Shown: positions 1-8,899 of the stretch, one piece after another | Layout: each line of letters starts with the position of its first letter | Position numbering within the stretch: position 1 is the stretch's first letter | Source of the DNA: a virus | Taxonomy: Duplodnaviria > Caudoviricetes | IMG/VR virus record: IMGVR_UViG_3300022723_000184 | Coordinates: 137,947 to 201,946 of that record | DNA: 64,000 nt | Strand: one strand, 5' to 3' | Position numbers and translations under genes: made by a program | Notes under the pieces: generated by a model | The model's database searches: none | Seen by the model: only the letters and a program-made list of their open reading frames with translations | Told to the model about the DNA's origin: nothing

Positions 1-297
1 GATGCCCCAGTACTTGGCGAAGTGATCAAGGCGTTGCTTGATGTGCGCCTGCTTCGTAGGATTGTACCCTGCCTTCTTATCGTGGAAGTACAGGTGGCTG
101 AGCCAGGTCGACGCGGAATTGTGGCAAGGGTACCGCCTGTTCAGCTCGTCGCCGTAGACCGTCGGCGGGAGGTCCTGGGGCCGCATGGTCTGATCCATGT
201 TGGCCTGTTTCACGAACCCGGGGATCGGGTAGAGTTTGGAGAGACGGTGAAGTTCTGCCCCGTTCGCGTCAGAGACGTGGTCGAAGGTCGTGCTCAT
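1..297 (-). CDS. Hypothetical protein, partial (runs off the window start)
   Basis: Manual translation from ATG 297: MSTTFDHVSDANGAELHRLSKLYPIPGFVKQ...RYPCHNSASTWLSHLYF...YWGI, open to position 1; GAGGTG RBS upstream; absent from the ORF track. Confidence 0.7.
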   Translation of the reverse strand, partial: MSTTFDHVSDANGAELHRLSKLYPIPGFVKQANMDQTMRPQDLPPTVYGDELNRRYPCHNSASTWLSHLYFHDKKAGYNPTKQAHIKQRLDHFAKYWGI

Positions 298-1960
298 GGC
301 TAAGGCACCTCGTAGTCTGAACATCCATGTTCCCTGGGCCGAGGTCGCCGAGGCTCTGGAGTTGCCCCTGAAGAGCCAGACACTCCCCGCTACGACCAGA
401 TGCCCATTGTGCGGCGGACGCCGCTTACGTATCTATCAGGATAGCACAAGCGGGGGGTCATGGCACTACTGCGGTGATTGTAAATCCCGCGGTGACATGA
501 TAACACTGGCCGGTTCCGTGTGGAAAACGGACGTCTACGAGACGCTCGACAGGCTGAGAGATGCTGGCATCGATCTGCCCGATACGCAGTTAGGGTCGCC
601 CCAGGTCGTCAGTTACGCCGATCGACAGAAGCGACAGGCCACGATCAGCGAACTTTGGAAGCTGGCGCAGCGTCAATTGTGTGCCGGCCGGATGGGGGGA
701 GTCGCTGACCTGCAGCGGAAGTACTATCTTCGGTTCAAAGGCGACCGTGAGCGGGTGGAGGACGGGCCGGCCAAGCTATACGGGGCCCTGACCGTCAAGC
801 AGGCGGAGCGGGCGTTGTACAGCCCGGGGTCGTTGAACAAGTACGGGCGGACGAAGAACGCGCACCTCGCCTTCAAGGGCCGCAACTGGGGCGATGTCCT
901 GGTCATGCCGTTCTACGACATGCCCCAGCGGATCTGTGCCCTCAGCTTTATGGGGCGCCGCGGCAATCCGAAGACCGACCAGGTGTTTTACACGACGCAC
1001 ACCAGCGCGATCGAGGCGGGCCTCGGCGGGCTGCCCTCGATCGAACTGGCTCATGACCCGGACACGGTGATTGCCGTAGACGACTGGCTGTTCTACTTGC
1101 GGGCCCAGATCCGCCACTTCCGCAGCTCGTACATCCCGATGCCCATGGTCGTATGGCGGGACGAGGGCAAGATCAGGACCCAGCGGGCGTGGAACGCGGT
1201 CAGTGACAAGAACATCGTGTTCTGGGGGTTTAACTTGGACGCCCGGATGATCCGGCACGCGATGGAGACCGACGGCATGATCTCGCTGCTCGGGCCCAAG
1301 GAGTTTGTCGACGACCAATCGGTCGGCCACTTCCTGCGGGACCACCGGGGCACCGACCTGCCCCGCGACGTCATCCGGGCCGCGAGGCCGTGGCGCAAGG
1401 CTCTGGCCCACTGGCTCTCGTGCAATAGGCCGGAGCACGGCCACAATCTGTTCAAGGCCCTCGAAGAGCTGGGCGAGGACGTCAGCCACATCCTGAACCA
1501 GATCGGCAAGGGCCCGACGACGATCGCCCGACCGGTCATGCGGAGGTCGGCCGAGGTCGGCCCCTACACGATCTCCGAGCGAGGCGGGTGCTGGTACCAC
1601 GACAGGTACAGGACCCGGCCCGAGCTGATCATGGATGCGGTTCTCAGGGTGACCCATGCGATCAACGACCTGCGGTCGGGTGACCTATGGTACCGCGGGT
1701 TCATCGAGTACCGCGGGCAGCGGATCTATTTTCTGGAGCCGGCCAAGACCATGGAGGGCCGGACCCTGTTCTGGATCCGGGACAAGGTCAGCGCCGCGGG
1801 TCTCGGGCTGCTGCGGTACAGCTCGATCTGGTCACGGGGTGGGAGGCACAATCTGTACCAGGTGGCCGTGACCTTCGACGAACCGCGGTTTGTGAATGAA
1901 GACCTGGCCTTGCACGTGCAGGAGATGCGTGAAGCCGGGCACCTGATCGATCCGATCTAG
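296..1960 (+). CDS. Protein with N-terminal primase-like zinc-binding domain
   Basis: 554-aa ORF from ATG 296; CPLCGG...HYCGDC zinc motif near the N terminus; remainder unassigned. Confidence 0.55.
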   Translation: MAKAPRSLNIHVPWAEVAEALELPLKSQTLPATTRCPLCGGRRLRIYQDSTSGGSWHYCGDCKSRGDMITLAGSVWKTDVYETLDRLRDAGIDLPDTQLGSPQVVSYADRQKRQATISELWKLAQRQLCAGRMGGVADLQRKYYLRFKGDRERVEDGPAKLYGALTVKQAERALYSPGSLNKYGRTKNAHLAFKGRNWGDVLVMPFYDMPQRICALSFMGRRGNPKTDQVFYTTHTSAIEAGLGGLPSIELAHDPDTVIAVDDWLFYLRAQIRHFRSSYIPMPMVVWRDEGKIRTQRAWNAVSDKNIVFWGFNLDARMIRHAMETDGMISLLGPKEFVDDQSVGHFLRDHRGTDLPRDVIRAARPWRKALAHWLSCNRPEHGHNLFKALEELGEDVSHILNQIGKGPTTIARPVMRRSAEVGPYTISERGGCWYHDRYRTRPELIMDAVLRVTHAINDLRSGDLWYRGFIEYRGQRIYFLEPAKTMEGRTLFWIRDKVSAAGLGLLRYSSIWSRGGRHNLYQVAVTFDEPRFVNEDLALHVQEMREAGHLIDPI

Positions 1961-4914
1961 TCGAGATCCCAGTTCGGGTTCTCGGGATTCAACGCATCCA
2001 TGATCGCACGGTCGATGCCGATGTTTTCGATCTCGGCAAGGTTCGGCCAGTTGCCAGTCGCCTGGTACAGTGTGATCAGGCCGAGGTTGGTGGCCTGGGC
2101 GAAGTCGTCGGACAGCGCAGGATCCCGGATGATCGTGTAGATGTCCTTACCCAGGCGGCTGTCGACCTTCTCCTCGACCAGGGCCAGGAACTCCCGGATG
2201 AGGCCGGGGTTCTCGGCGTCCTTGTAATCGTCTTGAAAGAACCGGAGCCAGCCGGTCTTGATCTGTTGGCAGGTGAGCTGCAGGGACCGGGGCTTGTCGA
2301 CCAGGTAGTAGTCGCGGGGGTGGCGGTCCGTCCGGGGCTTGGGAACGATGATGCCGCCGACGGCCGCACGCTGCAGCTGGCAGGCGATGATCCGGTTGTA
2401 GGGGAAGCCGGCCTGATTGATGAACGTCTCCCGCAAGGAGCCGGCACCCGTGTAGTCGTGAGCCATCAGGTGACACTTGAACCGGGTGAGAAGGGCAATG
2501 GCCAGCCGGGCTTCCCGGGCATGGTCGTGGGGCGTCAGCGAACGCAGGGCGTACAGGCAGTCCACCCGACCATCGGGCATCATGCCGAGGACCGAGTAGG
2601 TCGTGAAACTGATGCCCTGTTCGCCGCCGCCGCCCCAGTCCACGCCCAAACAGCGGAGGGTGTACTCGCCGATCTGTTTCTGGGCCTCTTCGACCTCGTT
2701 CTTCCACGGAAGGCACGCGGCCTTCATCAGGTCGGTGAGCGTCACGAGCTTCGAGCCGGTGTCGTAGCTCTCGCCGCAGACCTCGTTGTAGAACACATGG
2801 ATCGGGGTGTTGCCCCGGCCCTCACGCTTGCCGAGAAGGACGTCCCACTTCTCGGCGTTGCCGTAGTGCATCGGCATGATGATCTGCGGCACGTGGTACC
2901 CGGCGAACGTCCAACGCTTTTCCGGGTGGGCATGAACCCAACGGCCGTGCAGCTTCGGGTGGATGGGCCTCCGGCACTTGGCGCAGATTACGGCCGGATT
3001 GTTGAAGGAGATGTCGTCACGCAACGGGCCGATCATCTTGTCGAGATCGTGGGTCATCGCCGGTACGTTATGGTAATTGCAGCGGTGACATTTGATGACC
3101 CATTCGGCCATCGAACTGTCTCGCCAAAGAGTTTCGATCGTGTTTTCGAGGGTCTTTGGAGTGCCCGCAAACGACTCGATGCCTCCGTACTTCGATCCGG
3201 ACATCGTTTCCCGGATGATCGGGATGAAGTCTTTGTCGAGGTCCTGCACTTCGTCATAACAATTATGTGTCAGCACACCTTCAGCGAAGAAGCAGTGTTC
3301 TCGTTGCGTGTTGATGTCCCAAACCGGTTTGAGGTCAAGACGTTTTACGTGGACTACGTGTACAAACGATGTCTCACTTTTCGACACTCTGGCCCGCAGA
3401 CGGGATTCGATGCCGCAATCTGATGCTGCTTCGCTTCTATCGTTTTCCCGCACATCGAACAGGCAATTTCGGGGCGAGGTTTCGCGAGCTTGTAAGACAT
3501 CATCTTCGGGACGAACGCGGATACGTTTTCGGACAGTTTCCTGGAGTCCGCGGCCGGCAGGTAAACTAAGTGATAGAGCTTTCCTGTACGAGAGTTTATG
3601 GACGGGTGACGTTTGGCCGACAACAATTCTCGTCGCTGTAGGTCGGACGCGATGAGGTCCACTTCCCTTTCGGTGAACCCTTGCGTGTTGAAGTGGATAG
3701 TACTTCTTTGTCGTGCCCCGTCGTCCATGAGCTAGTAAGCGATTCCTCGCCAGTCGAGTCGTTCTAGCCAATCCTGACTGACGCGTTTCTTTCCTTCCGG
3801 ACAGGTCAGCGCATACAGCGGAGCCAGCTCCACGGCGCTTACGGTGTTGAACACGCAAGATACTTTGCCCCAGCCTTTGTTTTCTTTCACTCTTGGTGGT
3901 GTGGACACGTACTCGCCTAAGACTGCTGCCTTGTGTCGGCAGTACGCTTCTCGAGACCCGCCGTGGCGGAAGCATACCCGCGGGTTTGCTGTGTTGCTCG
4001 ATTTTGACAGGCAAGCATCCCCGAGCAAACAGCCGAGTAGAAGTTGTTCTTGCTCGCAGGTCAACGGAGGCACCTTCTTCGGTTTTCTCCCCGGGCGAGA
4101 AAAGGGTCGACAAGCGGATCCATTCGCCCTCGGCGGTTTTGAACCGAGAGTCTTTTGTACACCTAAGGACCGAGCCATTGGAAAACCGGACTTCGTAGAT
4201 CTGCTGGACGCCTTGGAAGATTTTTTCGGTAACGACATCGTCGACAACCTTTCCGTCGTTGTTGACGGCCGGCACGATGTCCCCAGTTCTGGCTTCGTCG
4301 ATCCGGATACCGCCGCGGTTCCTGGTTTCGATTATTGTATCGCCTACGAAGCAGTTCTGGTCAGCGGAAATACCACGAGTACGTTCGGCGTCGAGGAACG
4401 CGAACGAGAAGATCATCTGGCTGTTGTTGCGGAAGGTACGTTGCAGCACAGAGCCAATCGTGTTCGTGCCGGTGAACACGTTGACCACGGGCGACTGCTC
4501 GATGAACGGTCGGATGTAGTTCTGGCTGAATCGCCGGATCATTTCAAACAAGGGCGTGACGTACAGCGTCGAGAAGTACGGCAGGCAGTTCGACTGCACG
4601 ACGCCGCGACTTGCCAGGCTCGTCGACTTGGAGACTTGACGGCCTGTTTTGAGCAGCGACTTGCGGGCCATGCGAGTCCGGAAGAACGGCTCGAACGGGA
4701 AGTAGTTGTCGAGGCTGTACGGTTCGCCCTTGAGGTTGAGTAGCAGCGGGAGCAGGGGTTTCAAGGACGCCACCCTGCTTTTGCGCATGAGGTGGGCGGC
4801 CACCGTAAGTCGGCGGGTGTTGGCGTCCTCGAACCCCGATAGTTTTAGGCCGTCAAGGATCTTGGGCGAGACGTCGAGGCCCATTTCCTTGATGACGTCG
4901 GAGACAACTGACAT
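1957..4914 (-). CDS. terL: Terminase large subunit (GpA-like) containing an intein
   Basis: Walker A-like KTGRQVSKST; Walker B DQN|CYDEVQD restored after intein removal; FAGTPKT; C-terminal CHRC/CAKC, GRWVH, GYHVPQI and GVDWGG nuclease-domain motifs. Confidence 0.85.
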   Translation of the reverse strand: MSVVSDVIKEMGLDVSPKILDGLKLSGFEDANTRRLTVAAHLMRKSRVASLKPLLPLLLNLKGEPYSLDNYFPFEPFFRTRMARKSLLKTGRQVSKSTSLASRGVVQSNCLPYFSTLYVTPLFEMIRRFSQNYIRPFIEQSPVVNVFTGTNTIGSVLQRTFRNNSQMIFSFAFLDAERTRGISADQNCFVGDTIIETRNRGGIRIDEARTGDIVPAVNNDGKVVDDVVTEKIFQGVQQIYEVRFSNGSVLRCTKDSRFKTAEGEWIRLSTLFSPGEKTEEGASVDLRARTTSTRLFARGCLPVKIEQHSKPAGMLPPRRVSRSVLPTQGSSLRRVRVHTTKSERKQRLGQSILRVQHRKRRGAGSAVCADLSGRKETRQSGLARTTRLARNRLLAHGRRGTTKKYYPLQHARVHRKGSGPHRVRPTATRIVVGQTSPVHKLSYRKALSLSLPAGRGLQETVRKRIRVRPEDDVLQARETSPRNCLFDVRENDRSEAASDCGIESRLRARVSKSETSFVHVVHVKRLDLKPVWDINTQREHCFFAEGVLTHNCYDEVQDLDKDFIPIIRETMSGSKYGGIESFAGTPKTLENTIETLWRDSSMAEWVIKCHRCNYHNVPAMTHDLDKMIGPLRDDISFNNPAVICAKCRRPIHPKLHGRWVHAHPEKRWTFAGYHVPQIIMPMHYGNAEKWDVLLGKREGRGNTPIHVFYNEVCGESYDTGSKLVTLTDLMKAACLPWKNEVEEAQKQIGEYTLRCLGVDWGGGGEQGISFTTYSVLGMMPDGRVDCLYALRSLTPHDHAREARLAIALLTRFKCHLMAHDYTGAGSLRETFINQAGFPYNRIIACQLQRAAVGGIIVPKPRTDRHPRDYYLVDKPRSLQLTCQQIKTGWLRFFQDDYKDAENPGLIREFLALVEEKVDSRLGKDIYTIIRDPALSDDFAQATNLGLITLYQATGNWPNLAEIENIGIDRAIMDALNPENPNWDLD
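3262..4353 (-). mobile_element. Intein (364 aa) in terL
   Basis: Starts CFVGDT, ends VWDINTQREHCFFAEGVLTHN, +1 extein residue Cys; inserted just before the Walker B DE. Confidence 0.9.
3354..4073 (-). pseudogene. LAGLIDADG homing endonuclease nested in the +1 frame of the intein, interrupted by TAG
   Basis: ORFs 3732..4247 and 3354..3728 are in one frame and join as LLLGCLLGDACL...GIAY*LMDDG; C-terminal CSMC/CGPEC; candidate GTG start at 4073. Confidence 0.75.
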
Positions 4915-5083
4915 GAAAGATCAGTCCTATCATCAAGCAGACCGGGACGAGGGCGTGGATTGGCTCGCCAACCTGCTCGAAGTCCTGTTCTCCAGCCTCT
5001 GGGCAGTCGTGGTCGTCGTTGCCACGGGCCTCTGGGGCCTGTTATGCTGGGCACGTAAGATGTTGTCCAGCAAGAGCAAGTAG
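4913..5083 (+). CDS. Small membrane protein
   Basis: 56 aa from ATG 4913 with one hydrophobic stretch (LFSSLWAVVVVVATGLWGLLCW). Confidence 0.5.
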   Translation: MKDQSYHQADRDEGVDWLANLLEVLFSSLWAVVVVVATGLWGLLCWARKMLSSKSK

Positions 5084-5110
5084 GTTTCACTATAAGGTGC
5101 GGAGGCTAGG

Positions 5111-5359
5111 ATGGCTACACACTCTCGCAGTGCCCGTAACTTCCTGGAGCGGAACGGGGTTTACTCAACCCGCCGTTCACCGGTCACGCCGCGGCTCGAC
5201 ACCACGAAAGCCGGGCTCCGGGTGAACACCATCCCGTTACAGCAACCGTCGTTGAACCCAGATCTTTTGCTGGATAACAACGGTGCCCCTCCGACAGATA
5301 GGGGGATCACGGACCCCTGGCCTCCGCCGCAGGAGGTGTCTGATGAGTCAGAGGAATAA
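5111..5359 (+). CDS. Hypothetical protein
   Basis: 82-aa ORF, GGAGG upstream, overlaps the next gene. Confidence 0.5.
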   Translation: MATHSRSARNFLERNGVYSTRRSPVTPRLDTTKAGLRVNTIPLQQPSLNPDLLLDNNGAPPTDRGITDPWPPPQEVSDESEE

Positions 5360-5531
5360 CGGAGCTGACGTCGTATTTCAGTTCTTCCTCTGGATTGTCG
5401 TGGGCGGCATGGTTTTTACCTACGTCTGCGACATCTGGTTGCACTGGGTGCCGATCGGTCTAGCACTGCTTGTGTCCATGTGGACGGGGCAGTCGATGCA
5501 AAAGCAACGATCGGATACCCGAGACCCATAA
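5343..5531 (+). CDS. Small membrane protein
   Basis: GGAGGTG RBS, ATG 5343, two hydrophobic helices. Confidence 0.55.
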   Translation: MSQRNNGADVVFQFFLWIVVGGMVFTYVCDIWLHWVPIGLALLVSMWTGQSMQKQRSDTRDP

Positions 5532-5550
5532 CCGCACCAACCGAAACCTG

Positions 5551-5943
5551 ATGACCGCAACCACCGCAACCTTGATAGCCGCTCTGGCCGTGTGGGAGAT
5601 AGTCGAGATCTGGCACCACTCCCAGCTGTTCGCTGGGCGGCGTGCTTGGCTCGAAGCGCAGGACAACTGGCTGGCGGACCTATTGCTGTGTCCGTTTTGC
5701 CTGTCCGTATGGGTATCGCTCATCGTGCTCCTCACCGTGGGGACGAGCGTTCACCTGGAGCAACACTGGCCCCGGTGGCTTTGCGACCTGGTACTTCTCC
5801 CGGTACTTGTCTTTGCAGTCGCACGCCTGGCCAACCTCTTCAACGACCTGACTCGAAAATACTGCAGGACCCCCAAGGACTGGACCCTGGGGGACGACAA
5901 CGAGCATCAGGCGGAAGAAACCGAGCAAGGTGAAGAGCAGTAA
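5551..5943 (+). CDS. DUF1360-like membrane protein
   Basis: LLLCPFCLSVW motif plus hydrophobic helices. Confidence 0.55.
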   Translation: MTATTATLIAALAVWEIVEIWHHSQLFAGRRAWLEAQDNWLADLLLCPFCLSVWVSLIVLLTVGTSVHLEQHWPRWLCDLVLLPVLVFAVARLANLFNDLTRKYCRTPKDWTLGDDNEHQAEETEQGEEQ

Positions 5944-6152
5944 TCTGACGACGCCCTCGTGGCGTAGAGCAACGCGGTAAGGGGCCAGGGTTTCCGGGCC
6001 CCCTCTCTGCAGGCGGGAAAAAGCGTAAGCGGGGCGAGGCTGGCCCACAGCCGTTTGAGTCCTGGAGTGGCCACACCACTGGTCCTGGCAAGCCTGCCGT
6101 CGGATTTTTCTTTTGGTCGCCTTCATGGGCCTCCGTGCCCGTGGGCCGATCT

Positions 6153-6166
6153 AAAAAGTACTTTTT
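6153..6166. promoter_or_regulatory. Palindrome AAAAAGTACTTTTT (copy 1)
   Basis: Perfect 14-bp palindrome 12 nt upstream of ATG 6179; recurs across the window. Confidence 0.6.
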
Positions 6167-6178
6167 GAGAGGAGCGTC

Positions 6179-6574
6179 ATGGCCGAAGACCAGATGCCCG
6201 AGGAACAAGAGAAACGGCTGCCGTTCGACGAGGAGATCGCGGCCAGGTTCAAGGACACGATCCACCGCTGTCTGACCGACTTCCCGGAGCTGCGGTCGGT
6301 GATCGTGGCCTTCGACTGGGCGGGCAACCTGAACGATGCCCCGATCAAGGCGGGCGTCTGGCAGGGCGAGCGGGGAGGCGTCGACAGCGCGGCCGGCATC
6401 GTCGGCAGCATCCAGCAGACCATCAAGGTCATGGAGCAGCAGTTCCTGCGACTCCACAAGCTGGAGCAGGCGATGCGAGAAGAGCTGACCGTCATCGGTC
6501 AGGAGCTGGTCAGGAAGAAGGAAGAGCTGGCCAGGCTCAGCGAAGGAAGCAAGAACCCCGATGCCGAAGCCTGA
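6179..6574 (+). CDS. Hypothetical protein
   Basis: 131-aa ORF, GAGGAG RBS, coiled-coil-like C terminus. Confidence 0.7.
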   Translation: MAEDQMPEEQEKRLPFDEEIAARFKDTIHRCLTDFPELRSVIVAFDWAGNLNDAPIKAGVWQGERGGVDSAAGIVGSIQQTIKVMEQQFLRLHKLEQAMREELTVIGQELVRKKEELARLSEGSKNPDAEA

Positions 6575-7124
6575 GTTTTTTCAAGACGTCCTCGACCGGT
6601 TCAAGATCGATGAGTGGGACATGGTTCTGGTCGGGGACGGCAGCGGCTCCAAGTGGGGCTACCCCGTCGGCTGGGGCGTGACCGCCGTACTCAAGAAGCA
6701 GATGGATCGCCGGGTGTTTTACGGGGCTATGAACGATGGCACCGTGAACATCGCGGAGGTCATGGCCTACCTGCAACCACTGATGTGGTACATGGCGGAG
6801 GTCCGCAAACAGCGAAAACAGAAGGGCACCACTGCCCGCAAACACGTTGTCCACATCATCACGGACAGCGAGTACGCCCGGAAGGTGGGCGAAAAAGGTC
6901 ACCTCGACTTCAACACCAACCAGCCCCTGTGGGCGGTGTTCGAGTTCGTCAAGCGTCAGGCCATCGAGCTGCACTGGCACTGGGCCGAACGCGAGGAGAT
7001 CGCCCTCAACATCTACGCCGATGCCTTGAGCAAACGGGCACGGAAGCAGGTGAAAGAGAACGACCAGGTCCAGAGCCTGGCCGGAGACGGCTATTCGGCC
7101 GAGGAGTTCAATCCATGGGAGTAG
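6561..7124 (+). CDS. Ribonuclease HI-like protein
   Basis: Acidic RNase H motifs VGDGS, NIAEV, ITDSEY, YADALSK. Confidence 0.8.
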   Translation: MPKPEFFQDVLDRFKIDEWDMVLVGDGSGSKWGYPVGWGVTAVLKKQMDRRVFYGAMNDGTVNIAEVMAYLQPLMWYMAEVRKQRKQKGTTARKHVVHIITDSEYARKVGEKGHLDFNTNQPLWAVFEFVKRQAIELHWHWAEREEIALNIYADALSKRARKQVKENDQVQSLAGDGYSAEEFNPWE

Positions 7125-7507
7125 AGGAGGCCACCGTCCTCTCCAACCACGAGAACCGGCTGAGGCTGATCCTCGACAACTACAAGAACTGGTTCAAGGC
7201 AGAGCACGACACCGACGCGATGGTCGTGTTGATGTCCGACGTGTTCATGCGCCTTGACGCCCTGGATATCGGTGAGCAGGACATCATCGACCAGGCCGAC
7301 GCCGAGTCGCTGGCCCTGTACGAAGCCCTCAACGCCTTCTACGGAAAGAAAGGTCAGTTCGCGGCCGCGATCGACAACGACCACGTCCAGCTCGACCTCA
7401 AGCAGTCGCAGGTCGGAGATGCGTGCTCTCAAAGAGAAGATGCCGGCCAAGCCGGTAAAGCCGATGCTTCCAAAGAAGCGTCGCAAGAAGAGGAAAAGGA
7501 GTTCTAA
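7115..7507 (+). CDS. Hypothetical protein
   Basis: Probable ATG 7115, overlapping the previous stop; typical codon usage. Confidence 0.6.
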   Translation: MGVEEATVLSNHENRLRLILDNYKNWFKAEHDTDAMVVLMSDVFMRLDALDIGEQDIIDQADAESLALYEALNAFYGKKGQFAAAIDNDHVQLDLKQSQVGDACSQREDAGQAGKADASKEASQEEEKEF

Positions 7508-7509
7508 GC

Positions 7510-7728
7510 ATGGCAAACCCTAACCAAGGACATCTCGTTCTCAGTCGCCAGCGCGACGAGAAAATCATGATCGGAGATGACATCATCGTGCAGGTCGTGG
7601 ACATCCGGGGCGACAAGGTTCGCATCGGGATCTCGGCGCCGCCCAACGTCTCGATCGACCGCGAGGAGGTCTTCCTCGCGAAGAAGCGTGAGCAGGAGGC
7701 AAGGGCCGATGTCCGCAGCAACCACTGA
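7510..7728 (+). CDS. csrA: Carbon storage regulator CsrA/RsmA homologue
   Basis: LVLSRQRDEKIMIGDDIIVQVVDIRGDKVRIGISAPPNVSIDREEV matches the CsrA pattern. Confidence 0.92.
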   Translation: MANPNQGHLVLSRQRDEKIMIGDDIIVQVVDIRGDKVRIGISAPPNVSIDREEVFLAKKREQEARADVRSNH

Positions 7729-8545
7729 GGTCAAGGACGGCGACCCCCGGGTCCGGGTCATCCGCGACTCGGGCCCGGAATCGCCACGAGATTGGGACAA
7801 CCTTGGGACCATGGTCTGCTGGCACCGCAACTACAGTCTGGGCGACTTCGAGAAGACCGATAAGGGTCGTAGGGCGAAACCGAAGTATGAGACTTCGGCC
7901 TACATGTTCCTCGACATCCTGCGGGATGCCGAGGCGAGCCTGGAGGTGTTGCGTCCGGTCATCTTGCAGCTGATCAAGGACCCGGACAACCGCTGGCGAT
8001 ACAAGCAGTACTGGCTGGATGATGCTCGGGAGGACAAGCAGCAGGCTTGGCTCGACTTCATCGACGACCGGATCACGTACGGCTACAACAGCAAAGAGCA
8101 CCGAGCACTGGCCCAGGCCGCCTCGGAGGTGGCCTACATCCTGCCGCTGTACCTGTACGACCACAGCGGCATCACGATGAACACCAGCGGTTTTAACGAC
8201 CGCTGGGACAGCGGGATGGTCGGGTACATCTTCCTCACACACAAGCGGTTCGACGAGGAGACCAGCTGGAAGGACGAGACCCTTGAGGCCAAGAAGCAAC
8301 ACGCCGAACGGGTTCTCAAGGGCGAGGTCGAGACCTACGACCAGTATCTCCGCGGCGACATCTACGGGTTCGTCGCGGAGAAGGCATCGGTCTGCGAGTG
8401 TTGCAGTACCGTTGAATGGGAGGAGACCGATTCGTGCTGGGGCTTTTACGGCACGGACGAAGACAACGGGATGAAGGACCACCTGAGCCCCGAGTATCAT
8501 GAGGCTCTGAAGGCGGCTCTGGAGAACCCGGAGTACGGAAGGTAG
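7709..8545 (+). CDS. Conserved hypothetical protein of mobile elements
   Basis: SPRDWDNLGTM, PLYLYDHSGIT, WDSGMVG, EVETYDQYLRGDIYGF blocks. Confidence 0.7.
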   Translation: MSAATTEVKDGDPRVRVIRDSGPESPRDWDNLGTMVCWHRNYSLGDFEKTDKGRRAKPKYETSAYMFLDILRDAEASLEVLRPVILQLIKDPDNRWRYKQYWLDDAREDKQQAWLDFIDDRITYGYNSKEHRALAQAASEVAYILPLYLYDHSGITMNTSGFNDRWDSGMVGYIFLTHKRFDEETSWKDETLEAKKQHAERVLKGEVETYDQYLRGDIYGFVAEKASVCECCSTVEWEETDSCWGFYGTDEDNGMKDHLSPEYHEALKAALENPEYGR

Positions 8546-8548
8546 CGG

Positions 8549-8899
8549 ATGCTTTACAGCGTCGACAAAAAGCTGATGACAAAGGTCCCGCACGCGCAGG
8601 ACTACGAGACGATCCGCGGTCGGATCTCCGACCCGGAGCTGGCTGCCTTGGAATCGGCCATCAACATGGCCCTGAACACGGCCGACGTGTTCCGGGCCCG
8701 ACAACTGACACCCAATCCGATTCAGGGCTCGGTGTACGAGCCGGTCTACAACGCGGTCGGGCAGCTCGTTGAGCCGTCGTCCAAGTGGATCGGTCTGTTG
8801 ATCTGGCACGTCCTGATGGAGCGGGACGACAGCTGGATGTTCCAAAACGCGGACCCCGACGACCCGGAAGCGGGCAAGGTCTACTGGAGGATGTTCTGA
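8549..8899 (+). CDS. Hypothetical protein
   Basis: 116-aa ORF in operon context. Confidence 0.65.
   Translation: MLYSVDKKLMTKVPHAQDYETIRGRISDPELAALESAINMALNTADVFRARQLTPNPIQGSVYEPVYNAVGQLVEPSSKWIGLLIWHVLMERDDSWMFQNADPDDPEAGKVYWRMF

Noticed and set aside
2233-3423. 396-aa + strand ORF opposite terL
   Set aside because: Antisense shadow without recognisable motifs
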